Assembly: GCA_047967505.1 (NCBI GenBank)
Contig: CM106538.1
Direction: 5' to 3' (one strand)
DNA length: 64,000 bases
DNA from: Dipteris shenzhenensis
Taxonomy: Eukaryota
The notes below the pieces were generated by a model. The model saw only the letters and a program-made list of their open reading frames with translations. It did no database searches and was not told the DNA's origin. The stretch's first letter is position 1. Every line of letters begins with the position of its first letter. Positions 36,234 through 48,800 of the stretch are shown here, piece after piece. Position numbers and translations under genes: made by a program.

Positions 36234-39200
36234 ATGGCTTCAAAGACTCACATAAAGGTGTTTGACTATGGATCATCTGAGAAGAAGCTTTTGGGATATG
36301 TTAGAGTGCTTGGTGACTCTACCTATAGCATGATACGTAAGGAGATTATGCAAGATGGAATCATTAATGTTCCTTTTCACTTTGTTATCAAAGATGACAA
36401 TGATGATGAAGGTTGCATACTAAATACAATAAGAAGAACGTTGGAATGTTGAAGAGGATAGGTGTGTTGGTATAAAGAGGTCTCTAAGTACGATTGTCGA
36501 TGAGATCACACCATCAAAACGTGTTTGCAGAACATCAGATAATATTCATAAAGAAGTTGATATTGTAAATGTTGATGAAAGACGTGAGCATGTTTCTTGT
36601 AGTCATGGTTTAAACATGCACAAAAGTAAACTTTTAGCAACGTCTATTCTTGAAGATTGGGATAGTCATTGTGAAAAAGTTCGCAAAAAATTGAGGCAGC
36701 GTAAGACACCTAGAGATGATAAATTTGAGCTCCTCACAGAGGATCTTAATGGAAAGCCTAAAGTTCGAATTTGGTGTGTTGAATGTGGAATGCCATATGG
36801 ATCAGGGTCCATTGAAGGCAAGCAATCAGCTTACACTTGCTTGTCTAATTTTCTAAGAACCCATATTCTAGAAAGCCAGAAACATCAAAAAAGATATGCT
36901 GCCAATCGAGGATTTATCACTGAAGAAGCATGTCTTCGAAAAGATAGCATGAAGGACGCTCAGGACGATGTTGATGATGCAACAATAATTCTTGATGCTA
37001 TTGAGGAAATGCACACTTTCAATAATTCTCATAAAGGTAATCTCCACTAGAAGCATGTAGAGATGACAAAATTCTTTCTTTTGTTAAAATTTTCATAAAT
37101 AGGGTCAAAAAAATATTCTTTTGAAATTTTTCATTATCGAGTATGTTGCAGGAGCAAAGTTTGAGATAGTTGAAGCAACTTTGAATGACTACAAGGATAA
37201 AAATGCTGTAAGTGTGGCATGTGGATATGATGGAAAATGGTTGTTTTTGTGCCCTCGAGGTTTAGATCTACAAACAATTTTATCAGAACATATCAAAGGA
37301 AAAGCTCACATCACTTCTTCCAGCAAGAAATCAATGGAGCCATGTCCAGTATTATCAAGGGTTGTTGGCCGACCTAGGAAGCATTTTGACAAAGATCCAC
37401 GACAAACATCGTTGGGAAGGTTCCTTGTACAAACAAAGGAGTTTAAAGTGTTGCAACCAAAATGTGGTGATACAGGATCTCTTTCTGATTCCTTGACTAA
37501 GTCATTCTTATCTTCATCATCAAATATAAATTTGTTATGTTGGGGATTATGGCAAGCTAATGTTCATGTCAATGGTTGTGAAATTAATATTAAGTCATTT
37601 TTGATGGATCAAAAGATGGGGCATGAATGGTTTTGTGAACCATATACAAAGGCCACTTTACATGATGGGAATATGGAATACAAGATAGATGGATGCTTCA
37701 GGCACATAAATTGTCTTCGTATATCAATCATTGGAGTTCCATTTCAAGGTTTCTCATGTGAACACTGTAAGAAAATTTCAGGTTGTTCTGATTTTCGTAT
37801 GAGAATATATAGGGAGAATCTTGCCGTTCAGAAGAGAGGAACCAGGAAAAGAGGCAAAGGAAGGCGGGTAGACTACCTGACAATTGAAGAGCTAAAAAAT
37901 GCCACTTTTGAGTGTAGGAAAAGTTTGAATGAAGAAAAAAGAAGGCTGTGGTGGGCAACATCAAAAATTGTAATGCTGTCAGTCAGAGTCAAAACTTTGA
38001 ATGAATCAAGTTTTGAATGTATAAATAGGAAAGATGTTCGACGCTTTTGTAACAACATAATTGAAGCTCGTAGACAAGGAAAGTTTGGTGGAAAATCAGC
38101 CTTGTGGGAGTTTTTTCAAGAAGTGGCACAGAACATGTTACGGTCAAAGCAAGGACACAGGTTTAGTGACTCTACAAAAATCATATATGAAGTTATTAAG
38201 CTATGGGGTGGTCCAAGACTACATGAGTTCTTGAGTATAAACCTTGGAGGTCCATCTTTGTCTACCACTAGAAGGCAAGGAAGAAAAGAAATTGAATTTA
38301 TTTGTGGTGAGCACGAATACATATTCGATGCTGTTGGGAAGATCTATATGGATGCAAAAAAAAGATATGGAGTCATTTCTATAGTTCCAGTTATCATAGT
38401 GGAAGATGAGACAACCATTAAGCGTCGAATAAGGTAATTTTAGCTCTCTATGCATTCTACTTTTATCTATATCATCAAGATATTTATAATTGCTATGTTT
38501 GGAAATCTCTCAAAAAGATGAGGAAGTTATTAAACTCTATAATCGTGTTGTGTAGATGGAATGCAAAAGATGACACTCTTATTGGGTTTTGTGGAAAGAA
38601 AGGAGAATATCATCAATGCTCATCAAATGACTCCATTGTTGTTGGTGAAGGCTCACAAGGATACTCGAATATTATAGATGCTTTTCAAAATCATATCATA
38701 GGTCATTATGCTAGACTTTTGATTGTTAATCCTCTTCATGATCTTCTTCCACGTTTGGCTTTGATTGTGCATTGCACATGCAATCGTTTTGATAGTGATT
38801 TTGTAAGGAACCAATGGAATCTTTTGGAGACCATGTGGAATGCAAACCTGAAAGATAAAGTTGGACCCATAATTGGACATGCTTCAGATGGAGATAGTAG
38901 AAGACGAAAGTTGATGCTTGAAGACTATTTGGAGAAAAGCGAACAACCTTTTGCTATCAATTGGTGTGGATGGAATATGAGAGCAAAAATTGTAGGAGGA
39001 AATGTGTATGGCCTTCATGATCAAGACTTTGTACACTGTGGAAAGAAACTTACAAGCCCACTTGATAGTCCTACTCGACAACTAGCAATTGGATGTGTTT
39101 GGATCACACTAAATCATGTATCTATTGTTTACAATTCTTTTTCAATTGAGGAGCACAAGCTACGAGATGGAGATATTCAAAGGAATGATCGACAAAATTG

Positions 39201-40706
39201 GGGAGCAACTCAAAGGATTGCAAGTAGACAAGTACAGAAATGTTTGAGAAAACTTTAAAAAAAAGAAAGAAGTATGAAGGGGACTGAGGCCTATTTGATG
39301 ATTGTTGCTGATTATATTGATATTTTCTTGTCACCATATTTGATCTTGAAGGAGCGTGTGGTGCTTGCAGCCAAGGTAGTCTTCTTTTTCAAAATTTGGC
39401 GACTATGGATTCATCACCATCCAACCTACACCTTGAAGAAAAATTTCATGAGTAAGGAGGCTTATACGGACTGCATACTTTCTTGTCATTTTGTTGTATT
39501 GCTCATAAAGATGTTTTGAGATTTTTATCCTAATCTGAAGTCTCCACTACATCTTACCGGTTCTGATGCTGCTGAAATCTATTTTAGTAAAGTTGGAGGC
39601 ATGATTGGGCAAGAAAGAGCATTTGATCTTGGAGATCTTCTACATAGCATTGGTAGCTTGAATAAAATTGCCATGCATGAGTGTGCTCAAAATGGTCTAA
39701 CTTTCTCTAGGGCTCATAAAAAGCAAGAGCATATATGGAAACATTTGAATAAACAAGAAGGGATGATTGAAGAAAATCTAGGTGACTATGAGAGTGTTTC
39801 TTCTGATGAAAAGATGATTGATGCATTGAAGGAGGGCTTACAACAAGCTCACATACTATGCGAGTCTTTGGATTTGAAACCTAGCAAGGCTGAAGACTTG
39901 AAATGGTGGTTTCAACCTTCGCTGGATACAGGGTCTACATGGTGTAAGCTAGATGCTGAAATGGGAGAAGCTGATGAGAATGATGACTTTGTGGAGCCAT
40001 GTGGTGAAGAAGAATCTATGGACGAGAATAGCAATGAAAGTGAAGAGGTTATTGCACTTAGTGAGATTAGACATGAAATTGATGACATTTTGAAGGAAAC
40101 AAGAAACATGCCCCCTAAGAAAAACATTAGCCCCATTGTAGAGGTGGATGGAAAGTTTATTTTCAAATCAACATTGGTGAGCCAACTCAATGGATGTCCA
40201 ACCTTGTCAAAAGATAGACTCACAAGGATAAAGCAAGGTGTTTACTTCAACCATGAAGCAAAAGCACAATCATCAAATGGAAATTTATTTGGCATAGGTT
40301 GTGATTGTGCTCTGTATACTTTCATGATGACACAAAAGGACAAGGAAATCAACACATGAAAAGAAATGGCAAAGCTACAAACACGAGGAAGATGGATGCA
40401 ACTCATGGTACATGGTACTTAGGAAGAGTTCAAAAGATGAGGAAGAAAGTCGGAGGGAGGTACGTGGATTATAAGCATGGCTTTGATTTAGCAGATAGGC
40501 CCCAAGGTTTGGAAGTTCAGCTTGGATGGTATCAAAGGGCAAAAGGAGCACAAATGTTTACTTATGATTTGACAGACTTAAACATGGTGGACATTGAAAC
40601 AATTATTGCATTAGCAAATTTGACATATATTGTAAGAACAGACAAGTACCAGCTAGATGAGAATGACTACAGAGTTTTTAATGACTTTTTGAAAAGTGCT
40701 AGGTAA
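36234..40706 (+). pseudogene. P-element-superfamily (THAP9/Tnp_P-like) DDE transposase, ~1,400 aa when spliced, disrupted
   Basis: Phase-consistent introns at 37037-37151 and 38434-38555. Motifs GGPRLHEFLSINLGGPSLSTTRR, IIVEDETTIK (D 38405), IGHASDGD (D 38887), DFVHCGKK (DxxH 39025), DRQNWGATQRIAS and GSDAAEIYFSKVGG (E 39574). Lesions: frameshift ~36430, TAA 39256, TGA 39517, 2-nt insertion ~40311. Confidence 0.8.
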
Positions 40707-41439
40707 GTTTACTTTGCATTTTTCATGCAAGGTAAAACTTTCCAAAATGTTTTATAATGAGCTACATCATCTAAGGATCATCCTTGGCTAATTTTGGTTT
40801 CAGATAATGATATGTCACATGTATCGCATAAGGAGTTGGGCTAGTTCTTGAGGCAAAATTCTACATTTTTTTGTAAGTCAAATACCTTAAGATAAACTTG
40901 AACACAAACTTTTCTTCATATATAATTCTATATTTTTTGTAAGTCAAGTAATTTAGATAAACTTGAGTGCAAACGTTTTCTAGCTATATCTAACATTAAT
41001 CATGCAAAATTCTTGATTCTTATTGGTGAATAAACAGGACAATACTGGATGGAGGGTCGAATTTGGAAGCCAAGTGGCCTGTTTTAGGGCCCTCCCTTGG
41101 CTATAATCTTTACACTATAAACAAGACAATTCCACATCCTCTGTGTTATCCAGCTGAGGTCATTCAAGGATCCATCGATGAGGAGGAGAAGTCTGTGTAA
41201 CAACCTTTAGTCTAGCTATCTCTATCTGATTTTTTGCCACGTCTAAGTCTAAGGTTTTGATTAAACTCTTGATGACAAGTCTTGGTTGTAACTTGTATCT
41301 ATTTTTAGATATCAATATGCTTGTACTTTGGATTCAACTCTACCTTTTCATTTGGTACTTTTGATGAAATTTGGCTATAGCTTGCACTACATCAACATAA
41401 TGCTACTACATGCATCATATTTAATATAAAAACTCCCAT

Positions 41440-41971
41440 TAGATTAACACAAGGTTAAAGTTTAAGCCATCTTCTTATAAGTTTGTGCCATTTTATTCAT
41501 AGTTCAATTCAAGTAACTTCATGCAAATCTCTAGTAGGTAGTGACAATTTCGGAGCATGCAAGAGAAACAAAATTGGATAAGGTGGAGTAAATACATGAG
41601 AATTTGAGAATTGAAAAGATCAAAAGTTGAAAATACGTTCTATTAGGTACTAGTATGGATGTAAAGCATGCATCTAGGCGACATACAATTAAAATGGTTT
41701 TATTCAATTATACAATAGATTAACACAAGGTTAAAGTTTAAGCCATCTTCTTATAAGTTTGTGCCATTTTACTTCATGCAAATCTCTAGTAGGTAGTGAC
41801 AGTTTGGGAGCATGCAAGGGAAACAAAATTGGATAAGGTCAAGTAAATACATGAGAATTTGAGAATTGAAAAGATCAAAAGTTGAAAATACGTTCTATTA
41901 GGTACTAGTATGGATGTAAAGCATGCATCTCAGCGACATACAATTTAAATGGTTTTATTCAATTATACAAT
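41440..41971 (+). repeat. Tandem duplication (276 bp + ~256 bp) near the right end of the P-like element
   Basis: TAGATTAACACAAGGTTAAAG...TTATTCAATTATACAAT at 41440-41715 and 41716-41971. The second copy lacks about 21 bp. Confidence 0.92.
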
Positions 41972-42198
41972 ACAATTTCTCAGAAGTAGCATTTGTTTCA
42001 ACTTACACTGAAATGTACAAGAGGAGGGCAAAAAATATAGGCTTCTTAAATTTTGAATTTATTGAAGGGATATAATTATTGATCCAAAAATTCATAGTAG
42101 GGGTATATAAATAGATAAAATGTGGTTACAGAGGGGTTTTTTAAATACCTTTCGAACGCACGTTGTATAGCTGGCTTATGTAAGGTGGACCCCCCGAG

Positions 42199-42296
42199 AT
42201 TGGGGTGCCAAGTGTCTTGCACTCAACCATGCGAAATGCCTTCAGTATCTCTCCATCATACTTCAGCTGTGAGATGAAGATCTGTTTTGGCTCTTG
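42199..42296 (-). mobile_element. Continuation of the host copia RT on the far side of the P-like insertion
   Basis: Reads QEPKQIFISQLKYDGEILKAFRMVECKTLGTP and joins 29860 in frame. Confidence 0.9.
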
Positions 42297-43432
42297 CTTA
42301 AATTCAAGGAGAAAGCCTTTAGTGGATCACTTCAGAGTTTTTGGTTGTGTTGCATATGCCCACGTGCCTGTGGAGTCATGGTTAAAGTGCTATCACCATC
42401 CTAGGAGTAATCATAGTAAATAGACTTCCATCATAAAACCATGTAGTCCCATCCATGACCTAAGGCCCTTATATGAAGTTTTATGTGTGAAGTTTGAACA
42501 TGAGACTTTTATGGTTCAAGTTGTATAAGGGTCAAAGGGAAATTAAAATGAGCACTAAAGACACATGTGCAACTGTTGAATGTATTGCGGAGAGATATCG
42601 ACAGATTTTAGCTTTGCCTTGTCGCTCTGGCCATTATCCAATGATCCAAGTTTCGGTCCACCTAAAGATGCTCAAGAGTCTACTCTTATATAGAATCATC
42701 ATCATCATCTGATAGAGCTTGCTAAATTATAAATTCCAAAATGATGCCAGGCATATCAAGCGACAAAATAAGCGTGTCACCCAAAAGCTGCATCAAGCTC
42801 ACTACTCCTTGTAAAAAGAAGAATGCTCAGCAACCCATACACCTTTGATGTTGAAGTTACCATTCCAAGTGCCAGATGTAATTTTGACTTAGTAATTACA
42901 TGCTCCACGACGGAAAGGCTGCCTGTTGCAAAACTAGTTTAGGGTCACAAGCCACCCACAACCAATTGCCCAAAAGGTCATAGGGCCTTAGCACATGGAT
43001 CGGGCTAGCATGGGTTTAGGATGGGAATCTTTTTGTCATTATTACACCCATCCTAGACCATTTGGTCCAGGATGGATTTAGAATGGAAGTAGCCACTTTT
43101 TCTCCCATCCTGAACCATGGCCTCTACACCCTAGCAACCAAAATGGGTTCCCCTTTTTTAGGGATTCCAAAACATGTGACGAGGACAAGTGTCCTTCTCC
43201 CCACCTCCTAAACACATGAAATGATGCCATGTGTCCTCTTCCACCTAAAACCAGCCCTAGCTCTTTTTTTGTTAGCATATGGTGGGATGGGAATAGGATA
43301 GAAATATGCATGGGACCACTTGGGACCACCTTTTCCCATTCCCATCCTATTTTTTGAAAGCCACCTTCACTTGCCAATTTGTATTAACCAGGTTAAGCGC
43401 TACCCTCAAGGGCAATTCCAATCGTCAAAGCC

Positions 43433-43435
<3 letters not shown>

Positions 43436-43468
<33 letters not shown>
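43436..43468. repeat. (TG)n microsatellite
   Basis: Direct reading. Confidence 0.95.
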
Positions 43469-43472
<4 letters not shown>

Positions 43473-43909
43473 TTTGTTTTGAATGGCCCATCCGGTAAAG
43501 GTAGTGGTGGGTTGAGATCGAATGCATCACACCCGATTTTGAACAGGTACATGCTTGCCCACATGCAAGTACTTAACTAGATCTGCTTGACAAATAAGCT
43601 CAACGCAAAAGACTCCTGGAAAAGCAGAGATGGAAAAGTAGAGAGAGGACATGTCCCTCAAATCTCCACGTAGGGGAATGGCTTTCCTAGCCAGAAAGTG
43701 TCCCAAAATCAGGCTCATGCCATCCATTGCTCAGAAATCATATTTGGAGGCTTGTAAAGGAAATTTACAAACTAGAAAATGCTAAGTATTTAAGGAGAAC
43801 CTTTGCACCAAGTAATTGCAAACAAGAAGTGTCAAATATTGGCCTAGCATTTGAGTCATGTGCAAATCCCTTACATGTGTCTTACTACTCATTTTGTGTG
43901 TCTAATTCC

Positions 43910-45062
43910 CTCTTCTCTTCATGGTTTCCTGTTATGACAAGGTTGTCCACATAAAGGAGCACGATCATACACCTGCCTCCTTCTCTATAGATGTACAAAT
44001 TTGCATCAAATGGGCCCCTCTTGAACCCATTTTGCAGAAAGTAGGCATCAATCCACTAGTACCACGCTCGTGGGGCCTGTTTTAGCCCGTAAAGTGTTTT
44101 CTTCAGTTTACAAACTTTACCTTCTGAACTGGGGATCACAAAACCTAGTGGTTGTTCCATGTATACCTCCTCGAGATCTCCATTCAGAAAGGCAGATTTT
44201 ACATTTATCTGAAATACGGGCAAACTTTCATGTGCTGCTAAAGCCAAAACACTATGAATTGTGGTTAGTCGAGCTGTGGGAGCAAAAGTATCCTGATAAT
44301 CAAAACCATGTACCTGTGCAAATCCTTTTACCACGAGCCGAGCCTTGTACTTATCCAACGTGCCGTCGGACTTGTACTTGGTCTTGTACACCCACTTGGT
44401 GCTGATTACCTTGCGTTTTGGTGGTCGATCCACAAGGTCCCAAGTGTTGTTCTTCATTATGGAGCCATACTCCGACTGCATAGCCTCCATCCACCTATCA
44501 TCACCCTATGCCTCTTCAAGACACTTCGATTCTTCAGCACGGATCACCTCTGTCATCAAAGTGTAGTTGACCAAGTATTCCTGCCCCCTTCTTTGCTCCT
44601 CTCATCTCTTGGACTAGCGGTGTTTGGATGGTTCCTCCTCAATGGTTGGAGGTTCTCTGCCATCTAAAAGCTGCTTTACCCACTCCGGGAATGGCCGTTG
44701 CCATTGTGGTTCTGCAAGCTCTTCTTCCTCTTCTTTATCTTGAATCCTCCCAAGCACCATTGGGGGAGTTCGGTCTGCTGTTGGTGGTTGTACTGGATGG
44801 ATATCCTAGTCCTAATTGTCTAGGAAGGAAGCATCCTCCTCCACTTGATGCGGCTGTTCTAAGAAGAACACGTCGCGACTTACTATTACCTTCTTGGTAG
44901 CAGGATTATAGAGACAATAACCCTTCGCCTCTTCACTGTAGCCTAAGAAAATACACTTCTGGCTCTTCGGTTCCCATTTGTTCCTGTTAGCATCAGGGAC
45001 ATGGACAAAACAGTTACATCCAAAAACTATGAAATGTGCAGCTGAAGGTTTCTTACCAGAAA
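43910..45062 (-). mobile_element. Ty1/copia integrase-end and RT N-terminal fragment, probably the same element as 28236-29860
   Basis: HFIVFGCNCFVHVP, KCIFLGY, EAMQSEYGSIMKNNTWDLV, KWVYKTK...YKARLVVKGF, VKSAFLNGDLEE, LYGLKQAPRAWY and LYVDNLVITG. Confidence 0.88.
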
Positions 45063-45809
45063 ATTAGTGGAGTTGAAGCTTTGCAAGAAAATGTATTCTC
45101 TGACTTGTACAATGGAAGCAAAGGGAAGCCGTACTGATTCTCCAAGTTGTACAATGGAAGCAAAGGGAAGCCATACCAAGCAGCGGGTTCTTCAGACAAA
45201 TGCAAACCACAGTCAAAATTGCCTTGGTGAATTTTATAGAGTGCCAGCTAGTAGTTTAGTGATAGTAGAAGAGATGCATAGCATGTTGACATGTGGAGGT
45301 CTTAACGTTGTGGGCACATTAATGCAGAATCATCATACTAAAGAAAGGGATACTCATGCAGCCATTGATCTAATAGGACATCCTAGTTGTAGATTCGATT
45401 CGGCAACACTCGGTTAGGGGCTCTAATTATCGTCTCCAATCGTATTACTCAGTTTTGTATCGCTGTCATCCACAACATCTTTTTTCTTTTCATTGTCCTC
45501 CCTACCTTCTGTGCTTCCATTGTGCCTGATCATTTTCTATGCTACGCAATCTTCTTCTTTGCCACCCTCATCCCCCCTCAGCTCCTAGGTAGTGTTTGTA
45601 ATCATGGAGGAGAGGAGAGACTGTTATGATTACCAAAGGAGGAAGGCTTCAAAAATGATGTCCTCACAAGGATTTTGTAGGCCAATCAACTTATGAAGTT
45701 CACAAGTCCTGCCACCACGGACAGAGGTATGGGACAAAGTTGGCCAAAGAAATCTTGGATTCCTACGACAAAGAGGACCACATTGTCATCATCAATGACA
45801 CCATGCCTG

Positions 45810-48800
45810 TGAGAGTGCTCTCAACGGAAGCAAGAACGGAAGAAGGAGAGAGAGAGACAGAGAGCCACACAAGTTTGGTGGGTGCAGAACCACCCTAATC
45901 TTCTTTTTCATTCATTTATATATGTGTTTGAGTATTGTACATAACTAGGGTTAAGGCACAGTGACCTTTAACCCCCACAACCTCCCACTTAAAGGACAAT
46001 GTGCCTTTAAGGGAGAACAACCAGTGAGCATACTATCCAATGCCCATCAATACACGACAATACTCAAACCGCTGACTAGGTAGACTCTTCGTCAGCATAT
46101 CTGCAGGGTTATCATCTGTATGAACCTTGACAAGCTCTATGTGCTTGTCCTCAAGTACCTCCCTGATGAAATGGTACCTGACCTCAATGTGTTTGGTCTT
46201 TGCATGAAAGACCGGATTCCGTGCTAGCTGAATAGCACTCATGGAATCACTATGCAATGTCGGTACACCTGTATGAATCCCCAAATCTCCCACTAGCCGA
46301 TCAAGCCATATAGCCTCCTTGCAACCCTCTGTGGCTGCAACATACTCAGCCTCTGTGGTAGACAAAGCAACGCACTTCTGTGCGCGAGACATCCACGACA
46401 CTGCACCACCTGCAAAGGTGAACACATAACCAGAAGTGGATCTCCTACTATCCACATGCCCTGCATAGTCTGAATCTGTGTACCCAAGTACACGCATGTC
46501 TCCTTTACCAAAGCAAATGCACATCTCCTTGGTACCCTTCATGTACCTCATGATGCACTTAACTGCCTCCCAATGCCTCTTTTCTGGATTAGCCATATAC
46601 CGGCTAACAACTCCCACTGCAAATGCAATGTCTGGTCTAGTAGCTATAATAGCATACATAAGACTCCCAACCGCTGATGCATAAGGAACCTTGGCCATCA
46701 TGGCCCTCTCCTCATCTGATTTGGGACTATCTGTATGACTCAGTTTCACATATGGAGGCAATGGAGTACTCATTGCCTTCCCCCCCTCCATATTGAAACG
46801 CTGCAATACTTTTGTAACATACTCTTTTTGTGAAAGCCAAAGGAGTTTCCTACTCCGATCACGCGTGATGCGCATACCAAGAATATGACCTGCAAGTCCC
46901 AAATCCTTCATATCAAAGGCCTCATGCAACTTTTCCTTTAAAGCATCTAGCTCATAAGTATTCTTGCTAGCCAATAGCATATCATCCACATATAGTGCCA
47001 GGATTATGAGGCTATTATCCTTAGCCCTTTTAGTGTAGAGGCAGTGATCAATTTCACTCCTTCTAAAACCCTGGGACCGAATGAAAGCATCAAACTTCTG
47101 ATACCATTCTCTAGGCGCTTGCTTAAGACCATAGAGACTCTTCTTCAGCTTGCAAACTAAATGCTATTTGCCCTTTTCTTCAAAGCCTTCCGGCTGCACC
47201 ATGTAAATTTCCTCATGCAAATCCCCATGCAAGAAAGCTGTCTTGACATCCATTTGCATAAGCTCCATATCCTCTACTGCCACTAGTCCAAGCATGCATC
47301 TAAGTGTGGTCATCTTCACAACCGGAGAGAATATCTCATCAAAGTCCACACCCTTCTCTTGCTTGAACCCTTTAGCAACCAAACGGGCCTTGTACCTAGG
47401 CACATCATCACCTGTGACCTTCATTTTGTAGACCCATTTACATGGCAATGCTTTCTTTCCATGTGGCAAAGAAACCAAGTCCCAAGTCTTATTCTTCATA
47501 AGTGAACTCATCTCTGATTGCATAGCATACTCCCACTTGCGTTGATCCTCACGCATCATAGCCTCTCTGTAGCAAGAAGGCTCTCCGCAATCAGTAAGCA
47601 TCACATAGTCTACCCCTGGAACAAACCTATCAGGCGGTCTAGACACTCTAGATGATCTTCTCAAGGGCATTTCAGCTTGCTGTCCCACCTGCATATCAGC
47701 CACATTTGGCTCATCATTTCCACCAATAGATGATCCACAATCTACCCTTGATTGTATACCTGTGGGAGTACTTGGTTGTACCATTTCTTGCACATTTGGT
47801 GCATGGACAGCTTGCTGTCTATCAACATAGGCAGGTGGATTCACATCCTGGAAAGTGATTCTCCTCATTTCCACATCCCTCATGGGTGCCTTATGCATCT
47901 TCTTCTCATTGAAGACCACATCATGGCTGCGTATGATCTTCTTTGCTTCTGGATCCCAGAGACGATAGCCCATCTCTCCACTTTCACCATAACCTAGAAA
48001 GATGCATTTCCTAGACTTAGGATCTAGCTTCTTTCGAAGCTCTTTTGGCACATGTGCATATGCCTCACACCCAAATATACGCAAATGAGAGTAAGAGGGC
48101 TTCTTGCCACTCCATGCCTCTTCAGGAATACCACCATCCAAACTCTTACTAGGTGATCTATTGATCACATGCACTGCAGTCTTCATTGCCTTAGCCCAAA
48201 AACCACTAGAAAGACTTGCATTGGAAAGCATGCATTGCAACCTTTCTTGAATGGTACGGTTCATCTTTTCTGCAACTGGATTTTGCTCTGGAGTACGAGG
48301 GGATGTGAGCTCCCTCTTAATCCCACGTGTATCACAGAAATGCTGAAAGTCATGAGAGAGATACTCTCCACCATTGTCAGTCCGTAGGCATTTAAGCGTT
48401 TTACCTGACTGATTCTCAACCAAGGCCAGCCATTTCTGAAATACCTGGAACACATCACTCTTCCGAGCTATAGCATAAGCCCACACTTTCCTAGTTGCAT
48501 CATCAATGAATGTCACATAGTATTCAGCCCCGCCTAATGACCGTGTAGGCATGGGATCACATACGTCTGAATGCACCAAATCAAGCATTTCAAACTCTTT
48601 CTTTCCCCTTCTTTTATGGGCTGATTTAGTCTGCTTCCCATAGAGACAGTGCTCACAAAATTCAAAATCAGAGAAACTCAAATGCGGTACATAACCCAAA
48701 CGGCATAAGAGTTTCATTCCATTCTGGCTCATGTGCCCCAACCTGCAATGCCACAAAGAAGTGCTTGGCTGCTCGGTTATTGCAACAACATGATCAAATA

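Larger units (their letters stand above)
29861..42198 (+). mobile_element. 12,338-bp TIR DNA transposon with an 8-bp TSD, P-element-superfamily-like, carrying a kinase ORF and a tandem array
   Basis: Left end CTCGGGGGGTCCATCT (from 29861); right end AGGTGGACCCCCCGAG (to 42198). TSD ATTGGGGT at 29853-29860 and 42199-42206. Removing the element restores a continuous copia RT frame (IFISQLKYDGEILKAFRMVECKTLGTPMEVDVKLS). Confidence 0.93.

Noticed and set aside
36234-40706. hAT assignment based on the 8-bp TSD
   Set aside because: No CxxH, TRWNS or SxxxERxFS hAT motifs were seen. The DxxH and D-x-x-E-x-x-FS motifs fit the P superfamily better.
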